Below are positions 29,043 to 37,962 of a stretch of 64,000 nucleotides of DNA, in pieces. Each line of letters starts with the position of its first letter. Position 1 is the first letter of the stretch. A program made the translations under genes and the position numbers. This DNA is from Firmicutes bacterium CAG:884 (GTDB lineage Bacteria; Bacillota_I; Bacilli_A; RF39; UBA660): contig HF993346.1 in the NCBI GenBank assembly GCA_000433875.1, positions 2,908 to 66,907 of the forward strand, read 5' to 3'. The notes under the pieces are model-generated. The model made no database searches and was not told the origin of the DNA. It saw nothing but the letters and a program-made list of their open reading frames with translations.

Positions 29043-30674
29043 ATGAATAAGAAAAAATTATTTATTATTATGTTTTGTGTAATATTAATGGTTTTTGTTT
29101 TTACTGGTTCTGTTGCATATTACAGATATACGTTAGAGGGCAAAATAATTGCTTCAACTGGTAATGCTGTATTTAATGTTACGGGAATTAATAATGAAAC
29201 TAAAATAATTGATTTGGGTAATACATTGTTGCCGGGTGATAGGGGTTCTTTTACTGTTACTTTAGATAGTACGGGATCGACTGTTGATATGTATGCAACG
29301 TTAAAGATTGATAGAAAAGTTTTGCCTGATAATTTGAAGTTTTATTCAACAAGTGATTATAAGTCAGAGATTAAAACTTATTATTCTTTTTTAGAGGTTA
29401 GTGGTACTAAAAGTGAAACTTTAACAATATATTGGTACTGGAATCCTTTTAAGGATGATGAAGATGATAATAAGTATATTGGTAAGAGTTTAAGTGCTGA
29501 TATAAGTGTTAGTGCGGTTCAGATAAGTGAATATGCGATGATGAAGAATGGGTATAGTGCCAAATCAGAGTTTTGGAATAATACATATAAAAAATATATA
29601 AGAACAATTACTTTTGGAAATGATTTGAGTAATTTACCAAGTAGTTGCACGGAAGAAAACTTATGTTGGGATATATCAGGTAGTTCAACTCAAAATAAAA
29701 AGGTATATGGTTATTTAATAGATAGTGGATTAACAGTATCTGAAACGGATAGTAGTACAAGTACAACTACTGAAAAAACATTATATAATTTATATATAGT
29801 AAGTGATGCACCAATTTTTGCACCATCTAGCTGTACTGGAATGTTTAGGGAATTTAAAAATCTAGTGCAAATCAATTTTAATAATAATTTTAATACCTCA
29901 AAAGTAACAAATATGAGTTGGATGTTTTTTAATTGTACGTCCTTAACAAGTTTAGATTTAAGTAATTTTAATACATCAAACGTAACAAATATGTCTGATA
30001 TGTTTTATAAATGTTCATCTTTAACAACTCTAGATTTAAGTAGTTTTAACACATCAAATGTTACAAATATGTGGCAAATGTTTGCTAGCTGTTCATCATT
30101 AACGAGTTTGAATTTAGGTAATTTTAATACATCAAAAATAACAGATATGTCTGATATGTTTAATAGTTGTTCATCTTTAACTAATCTAGATTTAAGTCAT
30201 TTTAATACATCAAAAGTAACAGATATGAGTAATATGTTTAGAAATTGTTCATCCTTAATAAGTTTGGATTTAAGTGGTTTTAATACATCAAAAGTAACAG
30301 ATATGAGATATATGTTTTGTGGCTGTTCATCCCTAACAAATTTAGATTTAAGCGGTTTTAATACCTCAAATGTAACAAATATGATGAATATGTTTGGAGG
30401 TTGCTCATCATTAACAAACCTAGATTTAAGTAATCTTAATACATCGAAAGTAACAAATATGAATAATATGTTTTCTGATTGTTCAAAACTTACAACAACA
30501 ATTAATATAATGAATGCAAATGTAACCAATTATGAATATATGTTTTATAATGCTGCAACCGATCCTAATGCCAAAATAACAGTTAACTATATTGCTGCTG
30601 CAAGTACACTTGTAGATAATATGATTGCAACCAAATCATATAATAGTAATGTAGTAAAAGGCATACAAATATAA
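29043..30674 (+). CDS. Secreted/membrane-anchored DUF285 (BspA-like, 'Mycoplasma-type') tandem-repeat surface protein
   Basis: N-terminal signal/anchor MNKKKLFIIMFCVILMVFVF. Nine consecutive ~26-aa repeats with consensus FNTSxVTxMSxMFxxCSSLTxLDLSx, the hallmark of the DUF285 repeat. A GGTGAG SD supports the ATG at 29043. Confidence 0.75.
   Translation: MNKKKLFIIMFCVILMVFVFTGSVAYYRYTLEGKIIASTGNAVFNVTGINNETKIIDLGNTLLPGDRGSFTVTLDSTGSTVDMYATLKIDRKVLPDNLKFYSTSDYKSEIKTYYSFLEVSGTKSETLTIYWYWNPFKDDEDDNKYIGKSLSADISVSAVQISEYAMMKNGYSAKSEFWNNTYKKYIRTITFGNDLSNLPSSCTEENLCWDISGSSTQNKKVYGYLIDSGLTVSETDSSTSTTTEKTLYNLYIVSDAPIFAPSSCTGMFREFKNLVQINFNNNFNTSKVTNMSWMFFNCTSLTSLDLSNFNTSNVTNMSDMFYKCSSLTTLDLSSFNTSNVTNMWQMFASCSSLTSLNLGNFNTSKITDMSDMFNSCSSLTNLDLSHFNTSKVTDMSNMFRNCSSLISLDLSGFNTSKVTDMRYMFCGCSSLTNLDLSGFNTSNVTNMMNMFGGCSSLTNLDLSNLNTSKVTNMNNMFSDCSKLTTTINIMNANVTNYEYMFYNAATDPNAKITVNYIAAASTLVDNMIATKSYNSNVVKGIQI
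29880..30500 (+). repeat. Tandem 78-bp coding repeats (approx. 8-9 units) inside the DUF285 gene
   Basis: Near-identical units such as ttttaatacatcaaaagtaacagatatgag...tgttcatc...ttaacaa.tttagatttaagt recur with a 78-nt period. Unit boundaries estimated by eye. Confidence 0.7.
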
Positions 30675-30731
30675 TATAAATTGATAGGGAAACCTATCTT
30701 TTTTTATAAAAAAATGTTATACTTATTAGGG

Positions 30732-31409
30732 ATGAATATGTTTGAAAGAGTAGAATTATTATTAGAAGAAAAAATAAATAAATTAAAAGATAAAACTATA
30801 CTTGTACTAGGAGTAGGTGGAGTAGGATCTTATACAGTTGAAACCTTAATAAGAAATCCTATTAAAAAAATAATTATAATAGATGCTGACGTTGTTGATA
30901 TAACTAATTTAAATAGACAATTATTTACTAATCAAAATAATATTGGTTTAAAAAAAGTTGATGAACTTGAAAAAAGAATTAAAAGTATAAATCCATACAT
31001 TGAAATAAAAAAGATAGATAAGTTTATTGATGAAAATAATATTCAATTATTATTTGAAGAAAAAGTAGATTATATAGTTGATGCTTGTGATAGTATTAAA
31101 ACAAAAGAAATATTAATAAAAGAATGTTTAGAAAGAAAAATAAAGTTTATTTCTTGTATGGGAACTGCTAAAAAGTTAGATCCAACAAAATTAGAAATAA
31201 CTGATATAAGAAAAACAAGTTATGATCCTCTTGCTAAAAGAATAAGAAAAATGGTTAAAGATGAAAAAATAAATGGGAAAATACCTGTTATATGTTCTAC
31301 AGAAAAACCACAAGAAATAAAAAAATTAGGAAGTATATCATTTGTACCGAGTGTAGCTGGAATATATATCACAAGTTATATAATAAATGATATAATAGGT
31401 GAAAAATGA
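30732..31409 (+). CDS. tcdA: ThiF/MoeB-family tRNA threonylcarbamoyladenosine dehydratase (TcdA/CsdL-like)
   Basis: Rossmann-type nucleotide-binding site ILVLGVGGVGSYTVETLIRN, and IIIIDADVVDITNLNRQ. The ~225-aa size fits TcdA. Start chosen among three nearby ATGs. Confidence 0.65.
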   Translation: MNMFERVELLLEEKINKLKDKTILVLGVGGVGSYTVETLIRNPIKKIIIIDADVVDITNLNRQLFTNQNNIGLKKVDELEKRIKSINPYIEIKKIDKFIDENNIQLLFEEKVDYIVDACDSIKTKEILIKECLERKIKFISCMGTAKKLDPTKLEITDIRKTSYDPLAKRIRKMVKDEKINGKIPVICSTEKPQEIKKLGSISFVPSVAGIYITSYIINDIIGEK

Positions 31410-31903
31410 AAGAGAAAATAAAAAATATAAAAGGTAATCTGTTGTTAATATCAAATGATGAAGAATTAATGGATGTAGCATCAAAAAATAAAAATATTGA
31501 TGAATCTTATACATTAAGTAGTATTAATAATAAAGAAAAAAACAAAAATAAATTAAAATTAGGTAATAAAAAAATACAAATTAATAAAATAAAAAGATAT
31601 TTTAATAAAAAATCAATTGATTATATAGTAGTTGATTATAAACTCATAAAAGATTTTTTACCAAGATTTGTTAAAAATAGCATTTATTTAAATAGAGGTA
31701 ATTTATATTTTTATAATTTGGAAAAAGAAAATGAAATTGTTAAAAAATATCAAAGATATAAAGCTGAAATAAAAGAAAACAAAGAATATATTGAAATAAA
31801 TAATAAAAATACTAAAAATAATATAATAAAAGATAATTATTATATATTTAAAGATAAAAAAGATAAAATATTAGATAAATTAAGCGATTTAATAACTTCG
31901 TGA
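31406..31903 (+). CDS. Hypothetical Lys/Asn-rich protein
   Basis: 165-aa ORF, translationally coupled to the tcdA-like gene (ATGA overlap). No motif recognised. Confidence 0.4.
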   Translation: MKEKIKNIKGNLLLISNDEELMDVASKNKNIDESYTLSSINNKEKNKNKLKLGNKKIQINKIKRYFNKKSIDYIVVDYKLIKDFLPRFVKNSIYLNRGNLYFYNLEKENEIVKKYQRYKAEIKENKEYIEINNKNTKNNIIKDNYYIFKDKKDKILDKLSDLITS

Positions 31904-31911
31904 GGTGTAAT

Positions 31912-34821
31912 ATGTATTTAAAGAAAATAACTATAAAAGGATTTAAATCATTTGCAGACAAAACAATATTTGATTTAGACAAAGGAATAACAGGAATAGT
32001 AGGTCCTAATGGATCTGGTAAATCTAATGTTGTTGATGCTGTAAGGTGGGTGTTAGGTGAACAATCTACTAAATCACTGCGTGCTAATGATAGTATGACA
32101 GATGTTATATTTGCAGGATCTAAAAGCCGTGAAAAAAGCAATCAAGCATATGTTGCAATAACATTTGATAATACTGATAAATTTATGAATCTTGACTATA
32201 ATGAAATTGAAATTAAAAGACAAGTATATATAGACGGAACAAATGAATATTATATCAATAATGAAAAAGTAAGATTAAAAGATATAACAGAGTTTTTGAT
32301 TGATAGTAATATTGGTAAGGAATCATTTAATATTATTTCACAAGGAAAAATAGAAGATATTTTATCAAGTAAACCCGAAAATAGAAGACTAGTATTTGAA
32401 GATGCAGCTGGTGTTTTAAAATATAAAAAAAGAAAAGAAGAAGCTAATAAAAAATTGGAGAGGACTTCTAATAATATAGATAGAATCAATGATATTATAA
32501 ATGAACTTGAAGTGCAAGTTGAGCCTTTAAAAGAAGAAGCAAGAAAAGTTGATGAATATAATAAATTAACAGAAGATTTAAAAGATGTGGAAATCGCTCT
32601 TGTTGCATCGGATATTACTAAATATAATGAAGAATATAAGTCTTTAAAAGAAAAAATTGACGCTTTAAATAAAGAATTATTGAATTTAGAAACCGAAAAA
32701 AATAAAGGGGAAGCAATTAGTATTAACAATAAATTAGAACTTGAAAAATATGATAAAGAAATAAATGAATTGAATAAGAATCTAATTGAATTAACAAGTA
32801 AAGTTGAACAAGTAAATACTAAAAGATTAATGATAATTGAAAGAGCTAAATATGAAGCAAGTGATTCAAAAACACATAGTATATTACTTGAACAAAAAGA
32901 AAAAGAAATAAGTATTAAAAATAATATTGAGATTTTAAAGAGTAATATTTTAGAGTTAAAAGAACAAAAGAGTAATTTAGAAAATAAAAAGAATGAATTA
33001 AATAAAGAAGAAAATGAATTACTTAAAAAAAGAGAAGAATATGATAAAAAATTAAAAGGTTTAAATTATATTAAAAATAAAACAGAAATTCAAATTGATT
33101 CATTAAATGATCGAATTATAAATAATGATAGTATGCCATATGGAGTTAAGGAAATACTTAATAATCCGAAATTAGATGTTGAAGGCACTATTGGATCTTT
33201 GATTGAAATTAACAAAGGCTATGAAGAAGCAATTGCAACTGCACTTGGTGCTTCTATATCTTATATAATAACGCTTGATGAAGAAAAGGCTAAAGAAGGT
33301 ATTAGATATTTAAAAGAAAATAAGCTTGGCAGAGCTACGTTTTTTCCAATCAATATAATTAAAAGTAAATATTTAAATATTGATATTAATTTTGATGGTT
33401 ATAAAGGAATTGCTTCTGATTTTGTAAAAACAAATGAAAAATATAAAAATATAATTGAAAATCAATTAGGTAATATACTAGTTGTAGATAATTTAGATAA
33501 TGCAAGTTTGCTTGCTAAAAAGATTAATTATCAGTATCGTATTGTAACATTATCTGGAGAAATAATTCATTCTGGTGGTTCATTAACAGGTGGAATAAAT
33601 AAAGTACGTAATATTATTAATGATAAATTAGAACTTGAAAAATTAATTAGTAGTAAAGAAGAAATTATAAATAATATAAAAGATAATGAAAATAGTATTA
33701 ATGAAATAGATTATAAAATATCTAATTTAGATAGTAAAAAAGAAAATAATAAAATATATGAATTAGAAGAAAATATTAATGCTAAAAATAAATCATTAGA
33801 ACAGTTAAATAAAGAACTATTATTAGTACAAAATGAAATTGATGATTTAAATAATAAATTAGGTAATAATTTATCGAAAGTTGAAGAAGAAATAACTGAA
33901 GAATATAATAATTTATTAAAAGAAAAAGAGTTATTAAATCAGAAATTAAACAAAATAAAAGAAGAAAGAAATAATTTATATACTGATTCTAATTCACTTG
34001 ATTTTATAAATAAAAAAGTAACAAGTGAAATAACTAATAAAACGAAAGAACAAAATGAATACAATTTAATGGTAACAAAATTAGATGGTAAACTAGATAA
34101 TTTATTAAATAACTTATCAGAAAATTATAATATGACATATGAAAAAGCTAAAGAATATAAATTAGAATTTGATGAAAATAAATCTAGAAGTATGGTTAAT
34201 TCTTTAAAAAGACAAATTAAAGATTTAGGAACTATAAGTACAGGAGCTAGTGAATTATATAAACAAGTAAGTGAAAGATATGAGTTTTTATTAAAACAAA
34301 GAGAAGATTTGGTAAGAGCGGAAAATATGCTTTTAGAAGTTATTGAAGAAATGGATAAACAAATGTCAAATGACTTTATAAAAACGTTTGAACAAATAAG
34401 AGCTAATTTTAAAGTTGTGTTTAAAGAATTATTTAGAGGTGGAGATGCTGATCTAAAACTAACTAATCCAGATGATATATTAAATACAGGAATTGATATA
34501 ATTGCATTTCCGCCAGGGAAAAAACTTGGTAAAACGGTGTTTTTATCAGGTGGTGAAAAAACATTTACGGCAATATCTATATTGTTTGCAATTCTAAAAA
34601 CCAAACAGATACCATTTTGCATATTCGATGAAGTTGAAGCTGCTTTAGATGAAGCTAATGTTGTATCGTTTGGCGAATATGTTCAAAAATTGAAATCAGA
34701 AACTCAATTTATAATAATAACACATAAAAAGAAAACAATGGAATTTGCTGATAGTTTATATGGAATAACAATGCAAGAATCTGGGGTTTCTAAATTAGTT
34801 AGCGTTAAATTGAAAGTATAG
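31912..34821 (+). CDS. smc: Chromosome partition protein SMC (short form)
   Basis: N-terminal Walker A KGITGIVGPNGSGKSNVVDAVRWVLGEQS. Long coiled-coil Lys/Glu/Asn-rich middle. Hinge near GTIGSLIEINKGYEEAIATALG. C-terminal signature LSGGEKTFTAISILFAI and Walker B CIFDEVEAALDEAN. GAGGTG SD before the ATG at 31912. Confidence 0.85.
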   Translation: MYLKKITIKGFKSFADKTIFDLDKGITGIVGPNGSGKSNVVDAVRWVLGEQSTKSLRANDSMTDVIFAGSKSREKSNQAYVAITFDNTDKFMNLDYNEIEIKRQVYIDGTNEYYINNEKVRLKDITEFLIDSNIGKESFNIISQGKIEDILSSKPENRRLVFEDAAGVLKYKKRKEEANKKLERTSNNIDRINDIINELEVQVEPLKEEARKVDEYNKLTEDLKDVEIALVASDITKYNEEYKSLKEKIDALNKELLNLETEKNKGEAISINNKLELEKYDKEINELNKNLIELTSKVEQVNTKRLMIIERAKYEASDSKTHSILLEQKEKEISIKNNIEILKSNILELKEQKSNLENKKNELNKEENELLKKREEYDKKLKGLNYIKNKTEIQIDSLNDRIINNDSMPYGVKEILNNPKLDVEGTIGSLIEINKGYEEAIATALGASISYIITLDEEKAKEGIRYLKENKLGRATFFPINIIKSKYLNIDINFDGYKGIASDFVKTNEKYKNIIENQLGNILVVDNLDNASLLAKKINYQYRIVTLSGEIIHSGGSLTGGINKVRNIINDKLELEKLISSKEEIINNIKDNENSINEIDYKISNLDSKKENNKIYELEENINAKNKSLEQLNKELLLVQNEIDDLNNKLGNNLSKVEEEITEEYNNLLKEKELLNQKLNKIKEERNNLYTDSNSLDFINKKVTSEITNKTKEQNEYNLMVTKLDGKLDNLLNNLSENYNMTYEKAKEYKLEFDENKSRSMVNSLKRQIKDLGTISTGASELYKQVSERYEFLLKQREDLVRAENMLLEVIEEMDKQMSNDFIKTFEQIRANFKVVFKELFRGGDADLKLTNPDDILNTGIDIIAFPPGKKLGKTVFLSGGEKTFTAISILFAILKTKQIPFCIFDEVEAALDEANVVSFGEYVQKLKSETQFIIITHKKKTMEFADSLYGITMQESGVSKLVSVKLKV

Positions 34822-34829
34822 GAGGATAT

Positions 34830-35357
34830 ATGGAATATATAATTATAATAATAACAGGTTTAATAGTAATATTTGTACTATTATATAATAAAGTTGTAAA
34901 ACAAAATATAAGATGTAAGAATGCTTTTGCTGGTATAGATAATCAGTTAAAAAGAAGAAGTGATTTAATACCTAATTTGGTTAATGTAACTAAAGGGTAT
35001 ATGAAATATGAAGCAGAAACATTAGAAAAAATAGTTAAAATTAGGACTGATAATTTGAGTGAACTTGCTAAAACATCTAATGAGATATCAAATAATATTA
35101 AATTAATGCTTGCTAAAGCTGAAAGCTATCCTGATTTAAAAGCTGATGAAGTTTTTAAAAAATTGCAAGTTGAATTAACAGGAACAGAAGATAAGATAGC
35201 GTTTGCAAGACAATTTTATAATGATTGTGTTCAAAAATATAATACAACAATTGAAGTTTTTCCAACAAATATAATTGCAAGTATTTTTAAATATACTAAG
35301 CTTGATTATTTTAAAATATCTGATGATGATAGAAAGGAAATAAATATTAAATTATGA
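34830..35357 (+). CDS. lemA: LemA-family protein
   Basis: N-terminal TM segment, then NAFAGIDNQLKRRSDLIPNLVNVTKGY...FPTNIIA, typical of LemA. AGGAGGA SD. Confidence 0.75.
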   Translation: MEYIIIIITGLIVIFVLLYNKVVKQNIRCKNAFAGIDNQLKRRSDLIPNLVNVTKGYMKYEAETLEKIVKIRTDNLSELAKTSNEISNNIKLMLAKAESYPDLKADEVFKKLQVELTGTEDKIAFARQFYNDCVQKYNTTIEVFPTNIIASIFKYTKLDYFKISDDDRKEINIKL

Positions 35358-36235
35358 TATTTGAAAGTGTTAATCAAAATAAAACAAAAACAACTTTTAT
35401 TGTAATGCTATTCTTTATACTTATTGGTTTATTTGTTTATTTTCTTGCTTATATATTTGGGGAAGATTCTGAACTTGCTTTTATAATAGCAACTATTGTA
35501 TCTAGTATTTCATCAATTATTTCTTACTTTTTATCGGATAAAATTGTTATTAAAGCTAATCACGCTAGAGAAGCAACTAGGGAAGAGTATTTGGAATTAA
35601 ATGAAATACTTGAGGCTTTATGTTTGGGCTCTGGTTTACCAAAACCTAAATTATATGTTATGGATAGTAGTTCACCAAATGCTTTTGCAACTGGTAGAAA
35701 CCCTAATAATGCAGTAGTTTGTGTTACAACAGGATTACTTGAAAAACTTGATAAATATGAGTTAGAAGGTGTTATTGCTCATGAATTATCACATATTAAG
35801 AATTATGATATACTACTTTCAACGGTTGCAACAGTTATGGTTGGTGGAATATCTATTATAGCCGATTCGATTTCAAGAGGATTTTTTAGAAGCCGTAGTG
35901 ATGATGATGATTCAAAAGCTAGTGCAATTATTATGATAATTGGCTTAACATTTATAATTTTGGCTCCTATTTTTTCAAAATTATTACAACTTGCTTTATC
36001 GAGAAACAGAGAATATTTAGCAGATAGTTCAGCTGTACAAATAACTAGAAATAAAGATGGATTAATTAATGCTTTAAAGAAGATTTCTAGTGATCCGAAT
36101 GTTGTTACAACTGCTAATAAGGCAACTGCTTCAATGTATATTGCTGATCCTTTCAAAAAAGAAGAGAGGGATAGTTTGTTTAGTACTCATCCTAGTACAG
36201 CAAATAGAATAAAGAGATTAGAAAACATAAAATAA
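35354..36235 (+). CDS. htpX: Zinc metalloprotease HtpX (M48 family)
   Basis: HEXXH motif HELSHIKNYD. TM helices flank the catalytic domain. Translationally coupled to lemA, a common lemA-htpX pair. Confidence 0.8.
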   Translation: MIFESVNQNKTKTTFIVMLFFILIGLFVYFLAYIFGEDSELAFIIATIVSSISSIISYFLSDKIVIKANHAREATREEYLELNEILEALCLGSGLPKPKLYVMDSSSPNAFATGRNPNNAVVCVTTGLLEKLDKYELEGVIAHELSHIKNYDILLSTVATVMVGGISIIADSISRGFFRSRSDDDDSKASAIIMIIGLTFIILAPIFSKLLQLALSRNREYLADSSAVQITRNKDGLINALKKISSDPNVVTTANKATASMYIADPFKKEERDSLFSTHPSTANRIKRLENIK

Positions 36236-36262
36236 GAGGAATAAAAATTCCTCTTATTTTGT
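36235..36262. terminator. Bidirectional terminator between htpX and ATP-grasp gene
   Basis: aagaggaataaaaattcctcttatttt: perfect 9-bp stem with A/T runs on both sides. Confidence 0.6.
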
Positions 36263-36267
36263 AATAT

Positions 36268-37269
36268 TTATAATTTGTGACCTAATATTTTTTCGAATTC
36301 AGGTAGAACACCTATACCGTTTGTTCTATGAGGTGGAAGTTGATATATATCATGACCTGGAAATTCATTTCCTTCAACAACAACAGGCCCTTTTGGTGTG
36401 ATTGCTATATCCCAGCCAACAACACCCATTTCAGGTATAATCGTAGATAATTCTTCGGCAAGTTTAATTGCTTCTTTGAACATTGGGATTTTGTAACCAA
36501 CAATTGGTGTATTTGTTAAAGGATGATTATAATATAGATTACCTGCTTTATCTTGAGCAGGGTAGAGAATAGTACCACTTTCTTTATCAACTGGTACAAC
36601 CATTCCACCACTATTGAAATTGTCTACGCATTTACCATTTCCGATTCTAAAATATGCAACAGCAACTTTGCCATATTTTTTTTCTTTGTTATATACTGTT
36701 ACCATTCTTATTGTATTAATACTACAAGGATGTAATTTATTTACTTCTTCGTGTTGAATAATTGGTTCTTCTAATAAGTACAATTTATTATCAAGTAAAT
36801 GTTTAAATAAATCTCCTTCGTATTTAGATGCATCTATTTTTTCAATTCTTTTGCCACATTGTCCATCTAAAGGTTTTGCAAAGAATATTGGATGCTTTTT
36901 TATAAATGAAGTAAATTCTTTGATATTATTTTCATTGATAACTAGAAAGTCTCTATGTAAGTATTTTTTAAACTTATTATCAAACTTATCTTTCATTAAA
37001 AAATATGGTTTATAAGTAAAATCATTATATGTTTTAATTAATTTGTTATTTTTTCCTCTTGTCATTATGGTTTTTCTTTGTTTTGAAGACAAATTATACA
37101 TTTCGAATAACATATAATCCATATAACCTGCTTGATATTTAAAACCACAAACTATCATATCAAAGAAAATAAGTATTTTGTTTTTTCCTGATCTTTCATT
37201 TACAACATTAATTTGTTTAAACATATTTTTTAAACTCATATTAAATATTCTATTAATTACATATTTCAT
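36268..37269 (-). CDS. ATP-grasp fold protein (sugar-transfer-associated ATP-grasp / RimK-like)
   Basis: 333 aa. C-terminal ATP-grasp catalytic stretch GWDIAITPKGPVVVEGNEFPGHD (the E-x-N motif). Overall size and composition resemble ATPgrasp_ST proteins. GGTGA SD. Confidence 0.5.
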   Translation of the reverse strand: MKYVINRIFNMSLKNMFKQINVVNERSGKNKILIFFDMIVCGFKYQAGYMDYMLFEMYNLSSKQRKTIMTRGKNNKLIKTYNDFTYKPYFLMKDKFDNKFKKYLHRDFLVINENNIKEFTSFIKKHPIFFAKPLDGQCGKRIEKIDASKYEGDLFKHLLDNKLYLLEEPIIQHEEVNKLHPCSINTIRMVTVYNKEKKYGKVAVAYFRIGNGKCVDNFNSGGMVVPVDKESGTILYPAQDKAGNLYYNHPLTNTPIVGYKIPMFKEAIKLAEELSTIIPEMGVVGWDIAITPKGPVVVEGNEFPGHDIYQLPPHRTNGIGVLPEFEKILGHKL

Positions 37270-37313
37270 ACTATCACCAAAATAATTATATAATAATAAA
37301 AAAAAGAAAGCAA

Positions 37314-37862
37314 CTATATTAAGCGTACTTCTTTTTCTGTGTAAAACTTTTTATTTTTATTTATTCTATCAAAGAATAAAATACCATTTAAATGATCAAT
37401 TTCGTGCTGGAAAGCAATTGATAAATTTTCTCTTGCACGGATACGGACTTTATTACCATCTATATCGTAGCCATCGATTGTAACTCTAGCAAACCTTAAA
37501 ACATGGCCTGGAACTTCACGATTAACGCTTAAACATCCCTCTCCTGCATCGACAGCAATCATTTCGCTTGAATTGCTTACAATAACCGGATTAACAACGA
37601 CATAGTTTTGAAATTTTCCTTCTTCATATTCATCAACTATTACAATAATTCTTTTATTTATACCAACTTGTGGAAAAGCAAGCCCCATACCTGGTCTTAA
37701 TTTATACTTTTCAGAGTATTTTTCGATTTGACTATAAGTTAAATGTTTAATGATATTATCAATTAATTTCTTTTCTTCGTTACTGATTGGAAAAGTTGCA
37801 TCTGAAGAAATCATCCTTAAATGTTTATCTTTTTCGTCTAATATTTTGACAGGTTTAAACAT
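37314..37862 (-). CDS. def: Peptide deformylase
   Basis: The three Def motifs: GMGLAFPQVG (GxGxAAxQ), EGCLSV, and QHEIDHLNG (HExxH). Start at MFKPVKIL with an AGGGATG SD. Confidence 0.88.
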   Translation of the reverse strand: MFKPVKILDEKDKHLRMISSDATFPISNEEKKLIDNIIKHLTYSQIEKYSEKYKLRPGMGLAFPQVGINKRIIVIVDEYEEGKFQNYVVVNPVIVSNSSEMIAVDAGEGCLSVNREVPGHVLRFARVTIDGYDIDGNKVRIRARENLSIAFQHEIDHLNGILFFDRINKNKKFYTEKEVRLI

Positions 37863-37917
37863 ACTATCACATCCCTGTAAATAATTGTAACACATTTTTT
37901 AAAAATATCAAAATCTA

Positions 37918-37946
37918 TTGTTAAAAAAAGTAAAATCGTTTATAAT
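37918..37946 (+). promoter_or_regulatory. Sigma-A type promoter for the ABC/sugar-transferase operon
   Basis: TTGTTA (37918-37923), a 17-nt spacer, TATAAT (37941-37946), then a GGTGAATGG SD and the ATG at 37963. The track's TTG start at 37918 coincides with the -35 box. Confidence 0.5.
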
Positions 37947-37962
37947 AAGAATGGTGAATGGT

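Noticed and set aside
30197-30529. 110-aa minus-strand ORF inside the DUF285 gene
   Set aside because: An artefact of the 78-bp tandem repeats: the translation itself repeats (VTFDVLKPLKSKF...). It is antisense to a well-supported gene.
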